From an uncultured Bacteroidota bacterium (GTDB lineage Bacteria > Bacteroidota > Bacteroidia > NS11-12g > UBA9320): 27,980 nucleotides of DNA. Positions 1-8,721 of this stretch are shown piece after piece. Position 1 is the first letter of the stretch; each line of letters opens with the position of its first letter. The position numbers and the translations under genes were made by a program. The notes beneath the pieces were generated by a model. The model was not told where the DNA came from. It did no database searches and saw only the letters and a list, made by a program, of their open reading frames with translations. The stretch lies in the NCBI GenBank assembly GCA_913056425.1, contig CAJXLR010000001.1, positions 1 through 27,980 on the forward strand, written 5' to 3'.

Positions 1-479
1 GTGGCTTGGTCTTCCAAAGTAGCTGCTCGTTTGTCCCAGAACATAGACTCACCCTGGTAAAAACGAACATTCGCCAAACGCATCGAGTGTGCGCCGGTTA
101 GGCCTCCTTCAAAGCCTTCACTCAGTTTAGCCGGATCAACAAATCCTTCGTCTTGAATGTGGCAGGAAGCACATGATACGGTGTTATTTATGCTCAAGCC
201 TTTATCGTAGAACAATACTCGACCTAAGGTTGCCCCCATATCCGTAACCTCATTGGTTGCCGGCTGATTATCAGTGGCTAAAACATCTGCGTCATAATGT
301 ACCGGGTAGGAAACTGTGGTGTAATTATCCAAGTTCTCCAAGTCAATGGTCAGATACTTGTCGATGATTTCTTGGTCGGTTGTGGGAGTTGGATCAACGT
401 TCTCTTCAACGTCTTTGTCTTTACATGAAGAAAGGGATGCAACAGTTAAGATAATTAGGATAAACTTGATTTGTTTCAT
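1..479 (-). CDS. Di-heme cytochrome c peroxidase (CCP/MauG family) lipoprotein, N-terminal part; runs off the left edge
   Basis: Not in the ORF track; translated by hand from the ATG at 479: MKQIKFILIILTVASLSSC (lipobox-like) ... LGRVLFYDKGLSINNTVSCASCH (heme CxxCH) ... MFWDKRAATLEDQA. These are typical CCP_MauG N-terminal motifs. Confidence 0.9.
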   Translation of the reverse strand, partial: MKQIKFILIILTVASLSSCKDKDVEENVDPTPTTDQEIIDKYLTIDLENLDNYTTVSYPVHYDADVLATDNQPATNEVTDMGATLGRVLFYDKGLSINNTVSCASCHIQDEGFVDPAKLSEGFEGGLTGAHSMRLANVRFYQGESMFWDKRAATLEDQA

Positions 480-529
480 ACTCTTACAGTTTAGGTAATT
501 AGTAAGACAGACAAAATCGCAGTTTTATT

Positions 530-892
530 TCATTCAATCGATAATTCTTTTTGCGGATCCCAAAAAATCTGTTCAAAATTCTGAATCTGATTGTCTATTA
601 TTTCAATCCCCTCTCTAACCAAAAGTTCCTCCATGGGCACACCTTTAAAGTGCGCTTTACCGGTAAGCAAGCCTTGTTTGTTTACCACACGATGTGCGGG
701 GATATCTAAATACTTTCCCGACGCATTCATTGCCCAACCGACCATACGAGCTGATCGTACAGCACCCAAATAACGTGCAACCGCGCCGTATGATGTCACC
801 CTGCCGGTTGGTATCAGACGCACAACATCATACACCAATTCAAAGAAGGAGTTGTTCTCGTCATGTTGATGCAACCTTTCATCTATCGGCAT
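530..892 (-). CDS. MGMT-family alkyltransferase-like (ATL) protein, about 120 aa
   Basis: IPTGRVTSYGAVA helix-turn-helix region, ARMVGWAM, and PAHRV in place of catalytic PCHRV. Start placed at ATG 892 because the track's start at 910 lies inside a promoter box (904-911). Confidence 0.88.
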   Translation of the reverse strand: MPIDERLHQHDENNSFFELVYDVVRLIPTGRVTSYGAVARYLGAVRSARMVGWAMNASGKYLDIPAHRVVNKQGLLTGKAHFKGVPMEELLVREGIEIIDNQIQNFEQIFWDPQKELSIE

Positions 893-903
893 AGTCTTTG
901 TAA

Positions 904-911
904 CAAACATA
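904..911 (-). promoter_or_regulatory. Bacteroidota sigma-A -7 box (TATGTTTG) for the ATL gene
   Basis: Exact TAnnTTTG match on the minus strand, 11 nt before ATG 892. Confidence 0.6.
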
Positions 912-926
912 AAACATTCAAGACCT

Positions 927-934
927 TATTTTTG
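927..934 (+). promoter_or_regulatory. -7 box (TATTTTTG) for the redoxin pair
   Basis: Exact TAnnTTTG match 24 nt before ATG 959. It is divergent from the 904-911 box. Confidence 0.6.
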
Positions 935-958
935 TACAAAGTGGAACACCCATCGTTT

Positions 959-2368
959 ATGAGATATTTGAAAACCCTGCTGTTCGTTTTATTTAGTGTT
1001 GGACTCGCGAGTGCTCAATACCATCTCAACTTCAAAGTAAATGGCCTACAACCCGGCGACGACCTTATCCTCGCCTACTATTACGCTGATCAAAACAGAA
1101 TCGTAGACACAGCCAAGGTTGATGGCGGTGGTATCGCAGAATTTAAAGGCGATGAAAACCTGTTGAATGGCGTTTACATTGTTGTTCTACCTAAAAAGAC
1201 GTACATCGAGTTTATCGTTCCAAATGATGACCAAGAATTCACCATTGAATTTGACACGTCGCTATCGCCTGCAAAAAAGTCAGTTGAGGGCTCACTCGAT
1301 AACCAACTATTCTTCGACTTTGAGAAATTTGCCGTTGGACCCGGCAAAGAAAAACGAGAAAAGATTAAAGAGTTTCGTGAATGCGAAACAGAAGATTGCA
1401 AAAACAAGATTCGCTCTCAGATTAAGGTTCTAGACGATCAGGTAGACAATAGACGCCGAGAGATTATTGAAAACCATCCAACAACATTCACATCTAAACT
1501 TTTTAAAGCGGTTCTGGATATTGAAATACCGGAAGAACTAAAAACCGATACTACTGGGCTACGCTACGAATACTTCCGAGATCATTACTGGGACAATTTT
1601 GATCTCACCGATGACGGAATGCTGCGCACACCGGTGTTTAAAAGCAAACTCGAATACTATTTCGACAAGGTAATTCTGCAAGTACCGGATACCATCATTC
1701 CTGCCATTGATAAACTAACCAGCCACATCGAAAACGGTGGCGCTAAGGAATTATACCACTACGTAGTGTGGTGGTGTACAAATCACCATGAGGAATCTAA
1801 AGTTATGTGTATGGACAAAGTCCTTCACCACATGGCAAAGAATTATTACTGTGCTGGTAAATGTTGGTGGGCAGACTCTTCTTTAGTGGCTAAAATGTGC
1901 GAACACACCGAGAAGATTGGTAAGTCATTGTGCGGACTTGTGGCTCCAAACATGACTCTCGTAGATACGACTTTCATACGAAACTACGAGCTGCATAAAC
2001 TTAACTCTCCGGTTACTGTGGTTGTTTTCTGGGATCACCAGTGTGGACACTGTAAAAAGGAAATTCCCAAGCTAAAAGAGATGTATGACACAATGCACGA
2101 CAAAGGTGTAGAAGTATATGCCATATACACTCAAGCGGATTGGGAAGGCTGGAAAAAATATATACGAAAGAACGGTCTTACTTGGTTGAATGTAATGGAT
2201 GCATACAACAAGGCTACCTACAGAAAAGACTACAATATCATCTCTACTCCACAACTATACTTGTTGGATCACGACAAGAAAATCATGTACAAAAACCCTC
2301 CTGCGGAAAACGTAGGGCAGATTGTAAAAATCATGTTGGAGCAGTACGAAAAACAAAAAAATCCATAA
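959..2368 (+). CDS. Exported multidomain redoxin (DUF4369-like N-terminus, DUF5106-like middle, TlpA/AhpC-TSA thioredoxin domain), paralog 1
   Basis: Signal peptide MRYLKTLLF...ASAQ, YFRDHYWDNFD motif, FWDHQCGHC active site, ISTP cis-Pro loop. Start corrected from 863 to 959. Confidence 0.85.
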   Translation: MRYLKTLLFVLFSVGLASAQYHLNFKVNGLQPGDDLILAYYYADQNRIVDTAKVDGGGIAEFKGDENLLNGVYIVVLPKKTYIEFIVPNDDQEFTIEFDTSLSPAKKSVEGSLDNQLFFDFEKFAVGPGKEKREKIKEFRECETEDCKNKIRSQIKVLDDQVDNRRREIIENHPTTFTSKLFKAVLDIEIPEELKTDTTGLRYEYFRDHYWDNFDLTDDGMLRTPVFKSKLEYYFDKVILQVPDTIIPAIDKLTSHIENGGAKELYHYVVWWCTNHHEESKVMCMDKVLHHMAKNYYCAGKCWWADSSLVAKMCEHTEKIGKSLCGLVAPNMTLVDTTFIRNYELHKLNSPVTVVVFWDHQCGHCKKEIPKLKEMYDTMHDKGVEVYAIYTQADWEGWKKYIRKNGLTWLNVMDAYNKATYRKDYNIISTPQLYLLDHDKKIMYKNPPAENVGQIVKIMLEQYEKQKNP

Positions 2369-2375
2369 TCCGCAT

Positions 2376-3773
2376 ATGAGTATTAAGCGAAGCGGACTTC
2401 TATCGCTGATTCTCTTGCTAACCTCACAATTAGTAAGTGCTCAGCACGACATCACGATTAACATTAAAGGGCTTGCACCGGGTTCTACATGCAAGCTTGC
2501 ACATTATTATGCCGACCGCAACAATGTAGTTGATTCCACCCGTGTAGATGGCAATGGGAATCTGCGGTTTACAGGTCCAAATAAATACCAACATGGGGTT
2601 TATTTCATCGTACTACCCAATAAACGATTTACCGAGTTTATCATCCCAAAAGACGATCAAAGCTTCGCGATTTTCACGGACACCACACTAAACCCGTTAA
2701 CAAAGAAATCTGCAGGGTCGGTGGAAAATGAGGCCTACTTAAAGTTTGATGCAATGCAGACCCAGCCAACCTATCAGAAAGAAGAAGCAGTGGCTGCGTA
2801 TCAAAAATGTGAAACAGAAGAGTGCCAGCAGAAGTACCGAAACTTGGTGAATTCATTGGATGCTCAAATCGATCAACTCAGAAAACAAATCATACAGGAA
2901 TATCCAAATACGTTTGTTGCCAGCCTATTTAAAGCAATGCTGGATGTTGAGATTCCTGACGGGTTAGACAAGAACGGACGATATCAATACTACAAAAATC
3001 ACTATTGGGACAATGTGGATTTGGCTAATGACAATTTGCTTAACACACCGGTTTTAGAGAATAAACTATCGTACTACCTCAAAACCGTAGTTCCGCAAAA
3101 ACCCGATAGTATGATCGTATACGTAGATAAATTCATCAAGAAACTCGAAATGTCTGGGGCAACTGAGACGCACAAATTCTCGATATGGTGGATTACCAAC
3201 TACAGTGAGAAGGCGCCTAGAATGTGTATGGACAAGGTGGTGTACCACATGGCCAAAACGTACTACATAAAGGGGAAGTGTCCTTGGGCAGACAAGGCCA
3301 CCATCGATAAAATGAAAGAATACGTGGTGAACAATGCATTCATCCAATGTGATATGGTTGCACCAGACATGCTGTTGTCTGATACGTCAAAAGTCAAGAG
3401 GTACAGACTTCACGATGTTGAAGCGGAAATCACAGTGGTCATTTTCTGGTCGCACACTTGCGGGCATTGCATGGTTGATGTTCCGAACCTCAAAGTGATG
3501 TACGACTCTATGAAACAAAAAGGTGTTGAAGTTTATGCCGTTTATGTTGGCGATGAGGTAGAAGGTTGGAAAGCCTTCATAGACAAGCACGAGCTAAACT
3601 GGATTAATGTTTATGACCCAAGCGGTCGATCCGACTACAAGCAGCTATATAATCAGGTGCGTACTCCTGAGGCGTATATCCTCGATCGTCAAAAACGAAT
3701 CGTTTACAAGAATCCTACTCCAAGGTATATTGGTTTGCTCATAGACCGGATGTTTAGCAATACCGCTCCCTAA
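2376..3773 (+). CDS. Exported multidomain redoxin, paralog 2
   Basis: Signal peptide ending VSAQ, YYKNHYWDNVD motif, FWSHTCGHC, VRTP. Collinear with paralog 1 and 7 nt downstream of it. Confidence 0.85.
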   Translation: MSIKRSGLLSLILLLTSQLVSAQHDITINIKGLAPGSTCKLAHYYADRNNVVDSTRVDGNGNLRFTGPNKYQHGVYFIVLPNKRFTEFIIPKDDQSFAIFTDTTLNPLTKKSAGSVENEAYLKFDAMQTQPTYQKEEAVAAYQKCETEECQQKYRNLVNSLDAQIDQLRKQIIQEYPNTFVASLFKAMLDVEIPDGLDKNGRYQYYKNHYWDNVDLANDNLLNTPVLENKLSYYLKTVVPQKPDSMIVYVDKFIKKLEMSGATETHKFSIWWITNYSEKAPRMCMDKVVYHMAKTYYIKGKCPWADKATIDKMKEYVVNNAFIQCDMVAPDMLLSDTSKVKRYRLHDVEAEITVVIFWSHTCGHCMVDVPNLKVMYDSMKQKGVEVYAVYVGDEVEGWKAFIDKHELNWINVYDPSGRSDYKQLYNQVRTPEAYILDRQKRIVYKNPTPRYIGLLIDRMFSNTAP

Positions 3774-4399
3774 CTCCGTTTGTCCTTTATTCGCTGATAC
3801 AGCGTACCCGGGAAGAATGCAATTCCCATATTGTAATATGGTCCACTCAGAACGGAAAACGCCTTTCCAAAACTCATACGTACACCCATACCTGCTTTAA
3901 GGCCAATCCAATCGTAGAAATAATACAACGCGTTTAACCCGGGTTCGACCGGTATTACCATAAACATTCGGGAAAACCGAAGGTGATTATTGTAACGTTC
4001 CGTTGCTTTGTTAGACCCAATGCCTACCTGTACCGGGAATCCAAACTTCCAATGTCCTTTTCGGTAAAAAGTGTATTCCGCTTGTAAGCCCAAATAGGTG
4101 AGTTGATTTGTCTCCAACAAGGTGTCCCCCGGAAAAGGGAATGTCCGCGTTACTCCAGGATTTGGCATATAGTTAATCCCAAGTTCCAAACGGAACACCC
4201 TGTAGTAGTCATAACCGACAAAGAGTTTGGACGTTCTTGATGGCGATCCGTCTACGGAAGAAAATCGACTACTAAGACCAAAAACAAATTTGGGCTTTAC
4301 CTGAACCGCGGAGCGAATACTATCAAGCATTTGAGCATGAACCGGTGTTAGCGATCCACAGAACAAGAAAGCAAGAAATACAACCAGACGCAGACGCAT
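3770..4399 (-). CDS. Hypothetical exported protein, probable outer-membrane beta-barrel
   Basis: 209 aa with a signal peptide (VHAQ) and many alternating aromatic/Gly beta-strand-like segments (FGFPVQVGIG, YNMGIAFF). The fold is inferred. Confidence 0.6.
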   Translation of the reverse strand: MRLRLVVFLAFLFCGSLTPVHAQMLDSIRSAVQVKPKFVFGLSSRFSSVDGSPSRTSKLFVGYDYYRVFRLELGINYMPNPGVTRTFPFPGDTLLETNQLTYLGLQAEYTFYRKGHWKFGFPVQVGIGSNKATERYNNHLRFSRMFMVIPVEPGLNALYYFYDWIGLKAGMGVRMSFGKAFSVLSGPYYNMGIAFFPGTLYQRIKDKRS

Positions 4400-4411
4400 G
4401 AAGGATTTAGA

Positions 4412-4419
4412 TATTTTTG
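4412..4419 (+). promoter_or_regulatory. -7 box (TATTTTTG) for the MBOAT operon
   Basis: Exact TAnnTTTG match. It overlaps the track's 4417 start, which favours a TTG start at 4438. Confidence 0.55.
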
Positions 4420-4437
4420 CAAATAACGAAATTCGGT

Positions 4438-5853
4438 TTGCTTTTTAACTCCGTTGCCTTCCTCCTTTTTCTACCGGCAGTAGTAATTCTGTACTATCTG
4501 CTACCTCATCGGTATCGGTGGATTTTGTTGCTAGGCGCGAGTTATTTCTTCTATGGAAGTTGGAAAGTAGAATTTTTGAGCTTGATCCTCTTGTCAACGG
4601 TGGTTGATTATTCCATTGCTCGGATACTTGATTCATGGCGAGGACTGTGGGCCCGTCGTGCATTAGTTGGACTGAGTTTAATTGTGAATCTCGGAGTCCT
4701 TTTTGTGTTCAAGTACCTGCAACTCTTCCTTCCGGATGTAGATCCGATGATCGTAAACATATATACGGTAGATTACCCTTGGAAAGGCTTCTTAAAACAA
4801 GCCATATACTTTTCGATTCCCGTTGGGATATCTTTCTATACTTTTCAAACGCTAAGCTATACGCTTGATGTATATCACCGAAGGGTTCAGCCTGAAAAAC
4901 ACTTGGGCAAGTTTGCGTTGTTTGTGAGCTTCTTTCCACAACTGGTTGCCGGACCAATTGAACGTTTTGGTAGGTTGATGCCACAGCTGAATACCAAACA
5001 GCTGTTCGATTACAACAATTTTCAGACCGCTTTTCGATTGATGCTTTATGGCTTCTTTTTAAAGATGTGCATTGCAGACAATCTTGCGCCATTGGTTGAT
5101 CAAGTGTATGACCACCCGGATTGGTATTCATCGTTTACCGTGCTATTTGGTACTATGGGATTTGGGTTTCAGATTTATGCAGACTTCGCAGGCTACTCGC
5201 TCATTGCACAAGGAGCTGCGCTTATGCTGGGTATAAAGCTCATGGACAACTTCAAAACGCCCTATTTCAGTCCGAGTATTGGAGAATTCTGGAAGCGCTG
5301 GCATATCTCACTATCTACCTGGTTCCGTGATTATTTATACATCCCGCTCGGAGGGAGTAAGCAAGCCGCTTGGCGCTGGGCAATCGCCATTATGATTGTT
5401 TTTGTCGTGAGTGGTTTCTGGCATGGGGCAAACTATACCTTCCTTATTTGGGGTGCCATACACGGTAGTTTATACCTCATTGAGCGCATGCTAAAACCCC
5501 TTAGCGTGAAGGTGCCTCAAACAGCTCGAAAAGTATTGGGCGCAATTCTAATTTTTATCTTGGTTCAACTCGCATGGGTTTATTTCAGAGCGGATTCTGT
5601 GCATCACGCCGGATCTGTACTAAGTTCTTTAATCCGGAGTAAGGGAACATCCACCTTACAAATTCCATATCACGTGGCGATTGTTTTTGTGGTTTTTATA
5701 TTGATGGAGATCGCTCAGTATAACGTTCGTGTAGATGCGTTCTTAGGTCGCTTCAAAACACCAATTCGATGGATTTTGTATGCCGCAATACTTTGGTGTA
5801 TCGCTGTATGGTCCGGTTTAACCAATCATCCATTTATTTATTTCCAATTCTGA
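4438..5853 (+). CDS. MBOAT family O-acyltransferase (AlgI/PatA/DltB-like)
   Basis: MLFNS N-terminus (TTG start), PVGISFYTFQ, FFPQLVAGPIER, EFWKRWHISLSTWFRDYLYIPLGG, catalytic His in SGFWHGA, FIYFQF C-terminus. Confidence 0.95.
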   Translation: MLFNSVAFLLFLPAVVILYYLLPHRYRWILLLGASYFFYGSWKVEFLSLILLSTVVDYSIARILDSWRGLWARRALVGLSLIVNLGVLFVFKYLQLFLPDVDPMIVNIYTVDYPWKGFLKQAIYFSIPVGISFYTFQTLSYTLDVYHRRVQPEKHLGKFALFVSFFPQLVAGPIERFGRLMPQLNTKQLFDYNNFQTAFRLMLYGFFLKMCIADNLAPLVDQVYDHPDWYSSFTVLFGTMGFGFQIYADFAGYSLIAQGAALMLGIKLMDNFKTPYFSPSIGEFWKRWHISLSTWFRDYLYIPLGGSKQAAWRWAIAIMIVFVVSGFWHGANYTFLIWGAIHGSLYLIERMLKPLSVKVPQTARKVLGAILIFILVQLAWVYFRADSVHHAGSVLSSLIRSKGTSTLQIPYHVAIVFVVFILMEIAQYNVRVDAFLGRFKTPIRWILYAAILWCIAVWSGLTNHPFIYFQF

Positions 5854-6878
5854 TGCCTGTTCAACAACATATCGTATTTAAAGCAGGTGTGCGGTTGGTA
5901 TCTCTGATTGTGTTGGTGATTGTATTCAATGCTGTGTACAAAAACTTCTTATGGATGGACGATTTGGATAAACACGGCCCGATGTTATATAACTTGAAAC
6001 AAGTTCAAGACACCTCAGACATCATATACTTCGGCGAGTCTTCCAACTTCACCACGGCAGAAACGGACCAATCAACTGCTGCAATCAGTGAAATCGTAGA
6101 TGATGCAATACCCGAGCGAGTTGGTACGATAAATCATGGTGCGTATCACGCAGGTATGTATCTACCGCTCATCAAACAAATAGATCCAACATCATCCGTA
6201 AAAAAGGTGATTGTAACCATGAACCTTCGTACATTTAGTCAGGATGTAATTTACAATCCGGACGAAGCGTCCCTCCAACAAGCCGCACGATTCTATCAAC
6301 CTGCTCCTCCCCTGGCAAACAGACTGTTTGCTGCGTTAAAATACTACGATTCAAAAGGCGGACATGAACGCGATCGAGAAAAATGGCATGCTTGGACGTA
6401 CGATACGCTGAAGGGTAATGAAACTCATAAATTCGAGCCAAACACGATTCGCCGCTGGTGTGAAGTAGACAAGTTTATCGACTCCAACGGCACAGTTGAT
6501 ATGCACAAGCGAATACTCGCAGATCAGTACATAAAAGCATACGGGTGGCAGCTTGACAGTTCAAATCCAATGGTCAACTCATTTGATGACATCGTTGAGG
6601 TATGCAACGAAAAGCAATTAGATCTCTACTTTCTAATCTTACCTGAGAACACCGAAGACGCCAGAGCGTATGTTGGCGATAATTTGGTCTGGCTAATAAA
6701 TCAAAATGTAAACTGGTTGGTAAATCGGTATAGCAACAACGCCAAACTAATCAACTGCATCCACGATTTGCCCGCAGAAGCGTATATCGACCGCGATAAA
6801 ATCCCGCAAGAACATTACTACGATTTTGGCCGCAGAAAAATCGCGAACAAGATTATTGGTGAGCTTACTGAAAACTAA
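5853..6878 (+). CDS. Membrane-anchored SGNH-like protein (AlgJ/DltD-like MBOAT partner)
   Basis: The ATG overlaps the MBOAT stop (TGATG). It has an N-terminal TM helix, IIYFGESS (block I-like) and a C-terminal PQEHY with a candidate catalytic His. The SGNH call is inferred from motifs and context. Confidence 0.6.
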   Translation: MPVQQHIVFKAGVRLVSLIVLVIVFNAVYKNFLWMDDLDKHGPMLYNLKQVQDTSDIIYFGESSNFTTAETDQSTAAISEIVDDAIPERVGTINHGAYHAGMYLPLIKQIDPTSSVKKVIVTMNLRTFSQDVIYNPDEASLQQAARFYQPAPPLANRLFAALKYYDSKGGHERDREKWHAWTYDTLKGNETHKFEPNTIRRWCEVDKFIDSNGTVDMHKRILADQYIKAYGWQLDSSNPMVNSFDDIVEVCNEKQLDLYFLILPENTEDARAYVGDNLVWLINQNVNWLVNRYSNNAKLINCIHDLPAEAYIDRDKIPQEHYYDFGRRKIANKIIGELTEN

Positions 6879-7432
6879 GACTTCTTATCTGTTGGAGTGG
6901 GCGTATCTCCCGTCTCAGTCTCGTCTTTGCTGTGGTCTTCACCGGCTTCATTTTCTTCCGCACCACCTTCCTCTTCTTCATCGTCCATAAACTTATCTAC
7001 CTTCTCTTTCACGTCGTGTGCAACTTCAGAAGCTTTGGATTTAATCTTCGCCCCCAACTCTTTGGCGTCTTCCATCAATTCGGCCGACTCTTCCTTAATC
7101 TCATCCATAGCTTCTTTGGCCTTTGCTTTGATTTTGGAACCCATCTCAGCAGCCTCCTCACGTAGTTCTGCTGTTTCCTCCTTGAGTTCTTCCATCGCTT
7201 CCTTGGTTTTGGCCTTTATTTTCTCACTCGCTTCCGATGCCTCCGCTTTAATCTTTGCCCCAACTGCCTTTGCATCTTCTTCCAGTTCGTGGAACTTCTC
7301 AGATGCCTTGGCACCCAGTTCCTTTCCTTTAGCCACAGCCTTGTCGGCAATTACCTCAGCTTTATGATCAATTTCTTCAACGGTCTCTTTGGCCTTGCCA
7401 AACAGTTTCTTCAAAAGATTAGATACTCCCAT
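6875..7432 (-). CDS. Ala/Glu/Lys-rich helical repeat protein (LEA/YtxH/apolipoprotein-like), 185 aa
   Basis: Repeated KIK(A/S) units, no Cys, Trp or Tyr, and an acidic low-complexity tail. Confidence 0.75.
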   Translation of the reverse strand: MGVSNLLKKLFGKAKETVEEIDHKAEVIADKAVAKGKELGAKASEKFHELEEDAKAVGAKIKAEASEASEKIKAKTKEAMEELKEETAELREEAAEMGSKIKAKAKEAMDEIKEESAELMEDAKELGAKIKSKASEVAHDVKEKVDKFMDDEEEEGGAEENEAGEDHSKDETETGDTPTPTDKKS

Positions 7433-7504
7433 ATGTATAGTACTGATTTGTAGGTCTACAAGTTACACTATCAAATATCATCTGGCAAGACTAAGCCTTT
7501 AAAC

Positions 7505-7512
7505 TACCTTTG
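7505..7512 (+). promoter_or_regulatory. -7 box (TACCTTTG) for trhO
   Basis: Exact TAnnTTTG match followed by an AT-rich leader to ATG 7538. Confidence 0.6.
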
Positions 7513-7537
7513 CATTTCCATTAAATAGTTGTGTAAC

Positions 7538-8560
7538 ATGAAATTGCATAATACAGTTAATGGGGAAGAGCTGAAGAAGAGAATTCTGGAAAGTACGGAA
7601 CCACGTACAACCATCTCGTTCTACAAGTACGCCAAAATTGGTAATCCCCAAGTATTTAGAGATCACATTTATATTCACTTTGACGCAGTAGGTGTCTTAG
7701 GAAGAATCTATGTAGCCACCGAAGGTATAAACGCACAAATTAGTGTGCCTTCAAAAAATCTAGACGCCTTCAGAAAGGAATTAAGCGACATTACATTCCT
7801 CGAAAACGTTCGACTCAATTATGCGGTTGAAGATGATGGCAAGTCGTTTTTTAAGCTGGCCATTAAGGTTAAAGAAAAGATTGTTGCCGATGGATTGAAA
7901 GAGGACATATTCGACATTACCTCACCTGCGGATTATCTAACAGTTGAGCAATTCAACGTACTTACCGAAAATCCTGAGACTATTATCATCGACATGCGAA
8001 ATCACTACGAAAGTGAGGTTGGACATTTCGAAGGAGCTTGGTGTCCGGATGTCGACACATTTAGAGAGCAGTTACCTATGGTGATTGATAGGTTACAAGA
8101 TAAAAAAGACAAGCCTGTAGTGATGTACTGTACCGGTGGGATTCGTTGCGAAAAAGCAAGTGCCTACCTGAAGTATCACGGTTTTGAAGACGTATATCAC
8201 TTAGAAGGTGGAATTATCAAATACAGTAGAGACGCCAAAGAAAAAGGTTTACCAAATAAATTCATCGGGAAGAACTTTGTGTTTGATGAGCGTTTACACG
8301 AGCGAATTACCGATGATATAATTGCAAAATGTCACCAATGTGGTGAACCATTCGACGATCACGTAAACTGTAAGAATAAGGCGTGTAATCTGTTGTTTAT
8401 CCAATGCCCGAAATGTGAGGAGAAATACAGCGGGTGTTGCTCCGAAGAATGTCAAACCATAGCATCACTTCCCGAAGAGGAGCAGAAGGAATTGCGACGC
8501 GGAAAAGACACCGGTGTCCGAATCTTCAGCAAAGGAAGATTCAATAAAACAATGGTATAA
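7538..8560 (+). CDS. trhO: Rhodanese-related oxygen-dependent tRNA U34 hydroxylase (TrhO/YceA, UPF0176)
   Basis: GVLGRIYVATEGINAQ, DMRNHYESEVGHF, MYCTGGIRCEKAS, FIGKNFVFDER and a Cys-rich C-terminal region. Confidence 0.92.
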   Translation: MKLHNTVNGEELKKRILESTEPRTTISFYKYAKIGNPQVFRDHIYIHFDAVGVLGRIYVATEGINAQISVPSKNLDAFRKELSDITFLENVRLNYAVEDDGKSFFKLAIKVKEKIVADGLKEDIFDITSPADYLTVEQFNVLTENPETIIIDMRNHYESEVGHFEGAWCPDVDTFREQLPMVIDRLQDKKDKPVVMYCTGGIRCEKASAYLKYHGFEDVYHLEGGIIKYSRDAKEKGLPNKFIGKNFVFDERLHERITDDIIAKCHQCGEPFDDHVNCKNKACNLLFIQCPKCEEKYSGCCSEECQTIASLPEEEQKELRRGKDTGVRIFSKGRFNKTMV

Positions 8561-8615
8561 TGAGTTATTGAGCCAATGAGATAAGGCTATTTGCTGTTAG
8601 CCATTGGCTATTAGC
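8558..8615 (+). repeat. Degenerate 8-mer and 7-mer tandem repeats
   Basis: TAATGAGT TATTGAGC CAATGAGA (8558-8581), then GGCTATT TGCTGTT AGCCATT GGCTATT AGC (8585-8615). Confidence 0.65.
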
Positions 8616-8664
8616 GGAATTACGGAAAGGCTTAAAGAACGCTAAAGTAATTACGTGTTCGCAT

Positions 8665-8686
8665 GCGCATTAAATATTGAATGCGC
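8665..8686. terminator. Hairpin between convergent trhO and the CBS gene; possible terminator
   Basis: GCGCATT-aaatattg-AATGCGC, a 7-bp perfect stem with no strong U-tract. Confidence 0.4.
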
Positions 8687-8693
8687 CAAACAA

Positions 8694-8721
8694 CACTTTC
8701 CACTTTCAAACTTCCACTCTA
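8694..8721 (+). repeat. Heptamer tandem repeat
   Basis: CACTTTC CACTTTC AAACTTC CACTCTA, running into the CBS gene's TAG. Confidence 0.65.

Noticed and set aside
863-958. Longer ORF-track starts (863, 910, 4417, 5769, 7529, 12095, 13026, 25219)
   Set aside because: The extensions overlap neighbouring genes or promoter boxes. Downstream starts restore signal peptides, family N-termini or stop/start coupling.
4709-5131. 140-aa antisense ORF, and similar short ORFs inside cdsA, gdhA, nrdJ, mscL and the peptidase
   Set aside because: They are fully nested in well-supported genes and have no recognisable motifs.
6897-7367. 156-aa Ser/Ala-rich ORF on the + strand
   Set aside because: It is the antisense shadow of the Glu/Lys/Ala repeat protein.
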